Both the position numbers and the translations under genes were made by a program. The notes below the pieces were generated by a model. That model was not told the origin of the DNA. It searched no databases and saw only the letters and a list, made by a program, of their open reading frames with translations. From positions 1 through 7,056 of the forward strand of contig JBJCIZ010000600.1 in assembly GCA_051294375.1 (NCBI GenBank): a stretch of DNA of 7,056 nt, read 5' to 3'. Shown one piece after another: positions 1-7,051 of the stretch. The DNA is from Paraspadella gotoi. Taxonomy: Eukaryota > Animalia > Chaetognatha. Position 1 is the stretch's first letter. Each line of letters begins with the position of its first letter.

Positions 1-83
1 TCCTCTCATCATTCTGCTTCAAATCATTTCTTCACCTCGATCCTTCATCCTTGAAAATGCAGAATCCAGTTCCGGTGTGAGAG

Positions 84-140
84 CTCTCTCTCTATCTACC
101 TATATGTATCTCTTCTGTCTCTCTCTCTCTCTCTCTTTCT
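84..140 (+). repeat. Imperfect (CT)n microsatellite
   Basis: CT runs interrupted by ctat/tatatgta. Confidence 0.85.
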
Positions 141-240
141 TTTTTCCTACTTTTTAAAATATACTAAGCATAAACATTCTCAACTGTAAAAACTCCTCCC
201 TGATAGTAAAATTGCGTTCACTATTTCTCTGCTCGTCAAT

Positions 241-274
241 TCTCTCTCTCTCTCTCTCTCTCTCTTTCTCCCTT

Positions 275-337
<63 letters not shown>
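241..337 (+). repeat. Long (CT)n microsatellite
   Basis: About 97 nt of near-pure TC repeat; source of the SLSLSL/RERERE ORFs at 154-505. Confidence 0.97.
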
Positions 338-340
<3 letters not shown>

Positions 341-341
341 A

Positions 342-640
342 ACTTCCGGTGTCCAAAGGTGGAAATATCTCTCCCTCCTTCCTTCCCTCTCCCTCTTCCC
401 CCTCTTCCCCCTCTTCCCCTCTTCCCCATCTCCTCGTTCCGATCCTCTTCCTCTCCGCCGGCTGAAGGGGTTCAAGTGTTGCCGACCGGGCGGTCACGTG
501 ACTGACCCTGTTCGAGGGTGGGCGACGACCGACGACCCCCCCGCCGAGATGGGGCGGGGGGGGATTAGGATCGGGGCGTTCATTTTGGAGGGGGTGGCAG
601 AAACCGATGAGCTTGGGAGGGTTAGGCTTTTAAATGGCGT
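342..640. promoter_or_regulatory. GC/CpG-rich candidate cis-regulatory element (ETS site, palindromic E-box, GC box, YY1/Pho-like site)
   Basis: ACTTCCGGT 342-350 (ETS consensus ACCGGAAGT on minus), GTCACGTGAC 493-502, GGGGCGGGG 551-559, AAATGGCG 632-639, all in a local GC peak. Function is inferred from motifs only. Confidence 0.35.
391..427 (-). repeat. (C3-5 TCTT)n tandem repeat; G-quadruplex-type motif on the minus strand
   Basis: C runs at 391-393, 398-402, 407-411, 416-419 and 424-427, each separated by TCTT. The minus strand reads GGGGAAGAGGGGAAGAGGGGGAAGAGGGGGAAGAGGG. Confidence 0.75.
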
Positions 641-1296
641 GGAGGAAAATGACGAACGAACGACGAGAACAAGATGACGACCGACGACAAGATGACGAAA
701 ACCCGTGAAACTAGAATCTTTAAAAAAGTTAAATAGTTTTAAAAAAAATTATACAGTGTACAGGATACATACCGATATTTTTTCTTTCATATTTGTCACC
801 AAATTTTATTTTAGCGAGCGATTTTTTTGCACAAAATATAAACTAATTTGCTAACCAATTTCATCTTGTTATCTTTATCCTTCCGTTCGTTCTATTCCAT
901 TTCCAGCGCGTCACACATATCACCGAATTATGCCTCGATTATTTATCAAAAAGCCGCGATAGTTAAGAGCCATAAGTGTAAAAAAACACCGCTTGGGGGC
1001 CTTTTTTTGCTAATATTTAAATTAATATTCATATTTTAAAAAAAAAGCCCAACGTTTCGCGTTTCCTCGAGAATGAGCTCCTAATAGCGTAGGACTTTTA
1101 CTTTTTTTGTTCTAATTTTATACATAATTGTACATGAATTAAAAAGAAGGAAAAAATCATAAATTAAAACAAAAAAACGGCGAGAATTTTGGGAAACTTC
1201 CTCTGACAGCCAATTAACGCTAGTGTCAACGCTAATAGCCCCATAGGCAGAGCCTCGTTCAACGAAAAATGACCTTAGAATATTCTAACGGCGATG

Positions 1297-1360
1297 AGGG
1301 AGAGAGAGAGAGAGAGACGCAATAAAAAAAGGGGAGAAAAAGAAGAAAAAGAGAGATAGA
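1297..1360 (+). repeat. (GA)n microsatellite and purine-rich tract
   Basis: (AG)n at 1301-1317 followed by A/G-rich low-complexity sequence. Confidence 0.85.
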
Positions 1361-1523
1361 TATATATGCATGTAAAAAAGAGCGTCAATACTGCTTAAAG
1401 AGTATAAAACGAATTTAAGCGCCTAGTGTGAACTTTATTACCTTCGCCATTTTTTATAAAAAAAAAGGATTTCTTAATTTCTTTTTTTTAATTCTTTTTG
1501 ATCCTTATAGGGGAATTTTCTCT

Positions 1524-1619
1524 TCGTCTCCCTTTAATAGCGACTGCTCGCTCCCTTAAAGCACTTTCTTTTCGCTCCCCTTAAAAAGCGACTTTCTCTA
1601 TCGCTCCCCTTAAAGCGAC
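1524..1619 (+). repeat. Minisatellite, 4 degenerate copies of TCGCTCCCCTTAAAGCGAC(TTTCT..), period about 24-29 nt
   Basis: Copies start at 1524, 1548, 1572 and 1601. Confidence 0.85.
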
Positions 1620-1761
1620 AGCTGCGTCGCGGCGAAGATGGAAGAGAAAAAAAACTCTAGTCGTCGGGATTTCGTTCCAATTTTTTTTTTTTAGAAAAGT
1701 GAAGCCGACTCGATTTGTCAAGTGGACGTCACATCGAATTAAGACCCAAATCGAAATGCGC

Positions 1762-1796
<35 letters not shown>

Positions 1797-1848
1797 AGAA
1801 AGAAAAAGGGAGGGAAGAAGAGAGAGAGAGAGAGCAAGAAGAAGAAAA
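1762..1848 (+). repeat. Imperfect (GA)n microsatellite
   Basis: GA repeat with GAA/GGA interruptions. Confidence 0.93.
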
Positions 1849-1925
1849 TAATTAAAATATATTTTTGTGTTGCTAAAATCCTTTAATTTTTCCCTTTATC
1901 GCTTTTCATATCTCTTTTCTCGATA

Positions 1926-1977
1926 TCTTTCTCTCTCTTTTAATCTCTCTCTCTTTAATCTCTCTCTCTCTTCCTCT
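1926..1977 (+). repeat. Interrupted (CT)n tract
   Basis: CT runs punctuated twice by tttaat. Confidence 0.85.
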
Positions 1978-2067
1978 GACCTTGTTTGAATTCACTCAGC
2001 TCCGCTTCCCGAATCCGGCGTGGCCATCCGTGCTGCCCTCTTCACGAGATCACGGTGAACGTCGAGC

Positions 2068-2079
2068 GGGGGAAGAGGA

Positions 2080-2141
<62 letters not shown>
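2068..2141 (+). repeat. (GA)n microsatellite
   Basis: Pure (AG)n at 2085-2140 with a purine-only lead-in. Confidence 0.97.
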
Positions 2142-2142
<1 letters not shown>

Positions 2143-2274
2143 TTAAAACCGTGGTCGCGAGATGTGAGAGGAAGTGAGAGAAAACGATAATTCGGCTTAA
2201 ATCGAGTTAACCTTCTGTCACAGCCGGGGGCTGAATTTGTGAATTTGCGAACTGCCACCAGTGTCTCTCGTTCA

Positions 2275-2277
<3 letters not shown>

Positions 2278-2357
<80 letters not shown>

Positions 2358-2362
2358 CTCTC
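2278..2362 (+). repeat. (CT)n microsatellite
   Basis: About 85 nt of near-pure CT repeat. Confidence 0.97.
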
Positions 2363-3338
2363 ACTGTATTAACTCTCCATATATTTTTCGATTTTGGTCC
2401 ATTAACACCAGCCAAACGGGTCACGTATATACGCGAAAGTAATTTCTGTCTTTTTTCACGATTTTAGTGCGACGCCCCTTGTACGTGATACCGACCATTA
2501 TCGCTCATCTTGTGTCCTCTCTCTCTCTCTCTGTCTCTGTCTCCCTACTCTATATAATCCCCTCCCCTTTTTCGGACCCAATGATTTTTTTTTTTTCTGT
2601 TTTGATTCCGTCTATTGACTCATTGTGCAAAAACTTGGATATATTTACTTCCCGGTCTCATTTAATTTGTAGCGATATCTCATATAAACCCAAATGATGC
2701 GCGCGCAAAAGACTAAATTGACTCGATCGACGTTACTCTTCCCCCCCTCCCAAACTCGTCACGGCTGACGATTAAGGAACATATTTTGATACGGGTTTGA
2801 CAAAAATCCCTCGTAAAGATACGATTTTTGTACCCGAAAAATTGGATTTAAGCGGCGATTTAGTGAACAAATATAAATAAATGTGTCGCAATGAGGATTA
2901 GTGCGCAGATATAATGAATAAGTCACAAATGATTGATGATCTCCGTAAAAATAAAAAAAAAATACTGATATACGATTCCGCGAAGCTTGAGCAGCACTTC
3001 TCGCGATAGTCGATCACTGCACGTATTTTTAGTGTAACCAGAGAAGTTTATTATTTGAAAAAACAATGAAGCTTTTATGATGATTGCAATGGTTAAGGAA
3101 AGTTATAAAGCGTCGTTTTTTAAAGATTATATTGACAAAATATTGAGAAATTTGCGAAGTAGACATGTTCAATGAGGAAGATAGATATCATTAGATAAGT
3201 GTTATAGGTGAGATTACTCTAGATTCAATCTCATGAAAATGAATTCAATTCAGTGAAACTCCGACATATTATACATTATTCATATATTAAACGAAAAACC
3301 ACCCTTATTACAATTAATTTCACAAACCAATTTTTATT

Positions 3339-3384
3339 ATTCTCTCGTTCGTCTCTCTCTTCATCCCACACGCATCCCCTTCAG
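3339..3384 (+). other. 3' splice acceptor (polypyrimidine tract + CAG) of the T-box exon
   Basis: Pyrimidine-rich stretch ending ...gcatccccttcAG (AG at 3383-3384) directly before the RMFP codons. This matches the conserved T-box intron position at GR|RMFP. Confidence 0.85.
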
Positions 3385-3675
3385 GACGGATGTTCCCTCG
3401 ACTACAAAGTCAAGATCAGCGGCCTCAGAGCAAAAACGAAGCAAGTGCATCTCCTCATGGAAGCATCTCAGTCGCCAGATCCGAACGGATTGTCGGCTAC
3501 AAGTTCCACATTCCTGATGGAGTGGTCCGCGGGGAAGGCCGGATCCGTGAAATGCCCAAGAGGATGTACATTCATCCGACTTCCCCGTCCACACGGCGAT
3601 AGCAGTGGATGTCGAAATCGGTCTCCTTTCACAAGTCTACAAGCTGACCAAACAACATCTCGGCAAGCACGATTT
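3385..3675 (+). CDS. tbx2/3: Internal coding exon of a Tbx2/3 (optomotor-blind/omb subfamily) T-box transcription factor, N-terminal half of the T-box domain; frameshifted in this sequence
   Basis: Seen: in-order peptide blocks spread over the three + frames: CGG ATG TTC CCT (RMFP, 3387-3398), YKVKISGL (3403-3426), GAT TGT CGG (DCR, 3488-3496), YKFH (3498-3509), GKA (3532-3540), [10 protein letters not shown] (3549-3578), SPST, QWMSKSVSFHK (3603-3635), KLT (3641-3649), NNIS (3651-3662), KH (3665-3670), TTT (F), then GTAAGT. Known (recalled): Tbx2/3 reads RMFP.[89 protein letters not shown] and NNISDKHG separate Tbx2/3 from Tbx4/5 and other T-box classes. Confidence 0.93.
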
Positions 3676-3681
3676 GTAAGT
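3676..3681 (+). other. 5' splice donor GTAAGT of the T-box exon
   Basis: Perfect GTAAGT consensus right after the TTT (Phe of KHGF) codon. T-box similarity stops here and AT-rich sequence begins. Confidence 0.9.
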
Positions 3682-3978
3682 TCAAAAGGGGATTATTTAT
3701 ATTTTCAGTAATAGTCTATCAATTACTGATTTATTATTCTAAATTATGTTTGTTTTTGTATTCTAGAAGCATTGAATGATACTTTTCTAAAAAAGAAATC
3801 AAAAAAATATATAATTTTACTCAGAAATCAGAAAATAGATCTAGAGCTAATTCTTTTTTTTCTTAATCAAGAGATGACAAATAATTTTCTGCGTCAACAT
3901 TTTTTTCCAAGTCGACAAAAACATAAAATCAAAAAAGCACTTTATTTTTTTCCCTTTTCCTTTTGTTTGTTTCTCCGC

Positions 3979-4036
3979 GAAAAAAGAGAGAGACGAAAGA
4001 AAGAGAGAGAGAGTAGATGAAGAGAGAAGAGAGAGA
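3979..4036 (+). repeat. Imperfect (GA)n microsatellite
   Basis: GA-rich tract with single-base interruptions. Confidence 0.9.
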
Positions 4037-4177
4037 CGAATAAATCTGCTTTCTAGGGAAAAATCAGTGAATTAAGTTCCCGTGTTTTAATGATAGTTTA
4101 GGGCTGGGTATTCTGATAGCGCGCGAAAACAATCATGAATTCAGGGTCGCGAGATTCGTCGTAAATCATATAGCGCG

Positions 4178-4290
4178 TCCTCTCTCTCTTCTTCCTGTCT
4201 CATTCTGTCTCGTCTTCGTCGTCTCTGCATCTCTTCAGTCTCTTCGTCTGCTCTCTCTCTACTCTTCTCTTCTCTCTGACTCTCTCTTCT
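4178..4290 (+). repeat. Degenerate (CT)n / (CTGT)n tract
   Basis: CT-dominated low-complexity sequence with frequent interruptions. Confidence 0.85.
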
Positions 4291-5378
4291 GTCAAGTTAG
4301 CCGAGAAGATCAAACTCAAACCTGTTCAGAAAATCCAGATCTTGTTGTTAATTGTGTTACTAAAACGATTTAAGATAAGACCCGAGACGAGTGAGAGAGT
4401 GAGAGTAGAGAGATATTCTGTCCAAGAAGAGCGCCTCGATGCTTCGACGAGGCGCGTATTGGAAGTCGAGTCTACGTGAGCCTGAGGCGTCGATCAACGT
4501 GAATATGAGATGACGCAAATGTAGCAAAAATTCAATTCGAAGATTTTCGGCCGAACAGCAGACGATTTAACGCCTCCTCTGCAGATCATTTCTATCACGA
4601 CTAGACGGTGCGGCCTCCGACCACACTGGAGGGGGAGGCTCTGGTAGTACCGGCGTGCACTTCCCTGGCTCGCTTACTGCCCTCTTCACCCATTAAGTCT
4701 TTCCTTCCCTTCCTTTTCGAGCTTTCCCTTCATTATTTCACTTTTCGAATAATTTTAATAATATTTAAAAAATAATTAATTTTTTTTTCTCTCATCGCCT
4801 GTAATATAATTATCCAAGTTAAATATAACTATCTATTAATTTGTTTAAACCCCTTTTATTTTATTACAGCTTTTTTATTTTGATTAAAAAATAAAAAACG
4901 AAAGTAGCAACTACCACCGTCGTTTAAAAAAACATACGCAACATTTACAACAATTAAAACTCGACCATCCACGTTTGTCAGTCTCCCTTATTCTCGACTT
5001 GTATTTTTTAGATTCTGACGGCCACTAAAAGACCGCTTCCCTCTTTTCTCTTCTCATCCTCTCACTGCGCCTCGCGATCGGACAGTCCAGCCGTGCCCCT
5101 CGGCTCCCGCCTTCTCTACCTCCCTTTCCTCCGCCTCCCCCCGTTAAAAAAACTAAAAAAAAAAAGAAACGAAAAAATATAACAATAAAAGAAATCGAAC
5201 AAAATCAAGAAAAGAACAACAACACTTCCCCTCACTCCTTCCCCCCCTGGGGCGATATCCACAACCCCATCCTCTTTTTATGGGTCCGCGCCCAGCATAT
5301 TGACGATCGATCGAATTTTCCCGCCAAAGTCGCCATTAATGATTAGTATTGAACACGCCTGGCGCCCAAATTCGTGGG

Positions 5379-5410
5379 CTCGTCGTCGTCGTGCGTCGTC
5401 AGTCGTCGTC
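5379..5410 (+). repeat. Short imperfect (GTC)n trinucleotide repeat
   Basis: ctcgtcgtcgtcgtgcgtcgtcagtcgtcgtc. Confidence 0.75.
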
Positions 5411-5603
5411 TCATAGTTGATTGTTTGGGCACGTGTGACGGTGCGGTGGGTCCATGGCGTGATGATCTGCCTAAGCCCGGGGATCGATGCCCCGTGACAG
5501 CGGATAGTCGTTAGATCTTAGTCGTTTTTTCTTTTATTCGTAACGACGACTTCCGTTATTAACGGCATCGACTCTGTACTGTCCGTCCGCATTGATAACG
5601 CTG

Positions 5604-5721
5604 CTCTCTGCTCTCTCTCTCTTCTTTCTCTCATCTCGTCTCTCTCTCTCTCTCTTCTCTCATCTCTATCTCTCTCTCTCTCATCTTCGGGCCTCTCACT
5701 TCCTCTCCTCCCCACTTTTCT
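5604..5721 (+). repeat. Imperfect (CT)n microsatellite
   Basis: Long CT tract; source of ORFs 5518-5724 and 5592-5792. Confidence 0.93.
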
Positions 5722-5800
5722 CACGACAGGGAATCGATTCGAATCGATTCAGAAGTTGCTTGGGCGAAATTCGAACTGAAAAAAGCAAGTAAACTTTTCT

Positions 5801-5891
5801 CCTTCGCCTTTCCCTATCGCCTTACTTCGCCTTTACTTCGGCCTTTACTTCGACCTTCTACTTCTTCGCCTACTTCCTACTTCGCCCTATA
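5801..5891 (+). repeat. Minisatellite of about 11-12 nt, consensus ACTTCGCCTTT, roughly 8 degenerate copies
   Basis: ccttcgccttt ccctatcgcctt acttcgccttt acttcggccttt acttcgaccttct acttcttcgcct acttcct acttcgccctat. Confidence 0.85.
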
Positions 5892-6018
5892 CCTGTCACT
5901 TAACCTCCCCACTAAAAGTAAAGCAACTGACGCCACCGCGAAACCTTTGACGCCTCAAACCAAGTCGTGCCCCGACTTGCTACGCCTATTTTTAGTCCCC
6001 GCTCCCCGGTCGACGTTA

Positions 6019-6137
6019 TTTCTCCTCTCCTATTTCCCAGACCTCTCTCTCTCCTCTCCTCTCTCGTCTCTCTCTCTCTCTCTCTCTCTTACTCCTCTCT
6101 TCTCTCTCTCTCTTCTACCCTCTCTCTCTCCTCTCCC
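6019..6137 (+). repeat. Imperfect (CT)n microsatellite
   Basis: CT tract; source of ORFs 5947-6177 and 5967-6158. Confidence 0.93.
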
Positions 6138-6422
6138 AAACGGCGTCATGTTCATTAGTCCATCGAACGAGGAATAATCAAACTTGATTTTAGTTTTTTT
6201 TTATTCCCCTTTTTTTTACCTTCTTAAATCTAACCTTTTTTTTATTACCATCGGCGTTGGCTTCGAAAATTTATTGCAGCCGACGCTTCTGATGGCGAAT
6301 TGTATTTTGTTTTCGTTGAGGTAAACAGCAGAATGACTCCCATTGTGGCTGAAGGAAGAAGAAAGAACATCCGAGTCGATCTTTGCCTCTTCGATTTATT
6401 TCTTTTGATTTTACTGTTTTCA

Positions 6423-6454
6423 CTCTCTCTCTCTCTCTCTTCTCTCCTCTCTCC
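6423..6454 (+). repeat. Short (CT)n microsatellite
   Basis: ctctctctctctctctcttctctcctctctcc. Confidence 0.85.
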
Positions 6455-6607
6455 GTCTTTATCCTCGCTTCTTGGATGATCAAAGTTTTTCTCTTTCTCA
6501 ACGATATCTCATCCCCCATTGGCCACTCGCCCCCGACTTCACCCAACCCCAACCGGCCTCCAACCCCCGCATCGATCCGGGCGAAAAACCTTGTCAAATC
6601 ATTTCGG

Positions 6608-6630
6608 TTTTTTTTTTTTTTTTTTTTTTT
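6608..6630 (+). repeat. Poly(T) run, 23 nt
   Basis: Uninterrupted T homopolymer. Confidence 0.9.
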
Positions 6631-6957
6631 CCTGTAAAAATCGTTGATCGGTTTCCCCTTTTTTTTAAAATCTCATTTAGTTTCACTTTTATACCGAAAA
6701 ATCTCGGTTTTTTTCCCCCCTCGACGAAATTGAGCGATGAATGAAGAAGAATGTTGAGGGCAGCGACGAAATCATTCATCCTTGTCTCCGGTAAATGAAG
6801 AGAGCGTCGGGGGCCGAGGCGTTTGGGGAGTTGGGTTGGCCGGAGGAGTCTAGAACATTTTCCAATTTCCGTCTCTCTAAAGTAATTTCGGCTCAATTTT
6901 CCCACAGCGCCCCATTTCTGTTGCTTTTTTCGGGAATTTAACTTGTTCTTAAATTTA

Positions 6958-7051
6958 TAACCTAATCCGTAACCCTAACCTTGATCTTAATATTAAACTT
7001 AATCCTGAACCCTAAACCTAATTTTTAACCATAACCCTCAGCCTTATACCC
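6958..7051 (+). repeat. Degenerate hexamer (TAACCC-like) repeat, telomere-like, running to the window edge
   Basis: taacct aatccg taaccc taacct tgatct taatat taaact taatcc tgaaccc taaacc ... taacca taaccc; about 6-nt periodicity. Confidence 0.7.

Noticed and set aside
154-505. ORFs with RERERE/SLSLSL peptides (also 1986-2467, 5518-5792, 5947-6177, 6271-6637)
   Set aside because: These are translations of (GA)n/(CT)n microsatellites, which lack stop codons. There is no domain or splice support.
980-1054. Terminator-like or MITE/pre-miRNA-like inverted repeat (ttgggggccttttttt ... aaaaaaaaagcccaa)
   Set aside because: Pairing relies mainly on A/T homopolymers, no target-site duplication is evident, and Rho-independent terminators are irrelevant in an animal intron.
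1524-1619. CRISPR-like array of hairpin repeats
   Set aside because: The linkers are only about 3-10 nt and similar to each other, there are no cas genes, and the context is eukaryotic.
2039-2078. Faint resemblance to the preceding T-box exon (ttcacgagatcacgg... versus FH..GTEMVITKSGR)
   Set aside because: There is no LW motif, no EMVITK block and no GT donor; too many changes are needed even allowing for indel noise.
3253-3711. 152-aa ORF and the nested 70-aa ORF (3390-3602) as standalone genes
   Set aside because: Both are chimeric readings of intron plus the frameshifted T-box exon; only short blocks in each are in the true frame.
3676-3711. Short in-frame exon extension via a downstream alternative donor
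   Set aside because: No in-frame GT lies shortly downstream of the GTAAGT donor, and read-through (VSSKGDYLYFQ) reaches a stop at 3709-3711.
4948-4980. acaattaaaactcg... resembling the next exon start TILNS
   Set aside because: There is no AG acceptor, MHKYQ is missing and the sequence does not continue into T-box motifs.
5731-5755. Heat-shock element (GAA/TTC alternation)
   Set aside because: The spacing does not fit contiguous nGAAn pentamers.
6596-6720. Poly(T) run as a retroelement poly(A) tail on the minus strand
   Set aside because: No recognisable Pol III boxes, retroelement ORF or target-site duplication; T/A runs are common throughout the window.
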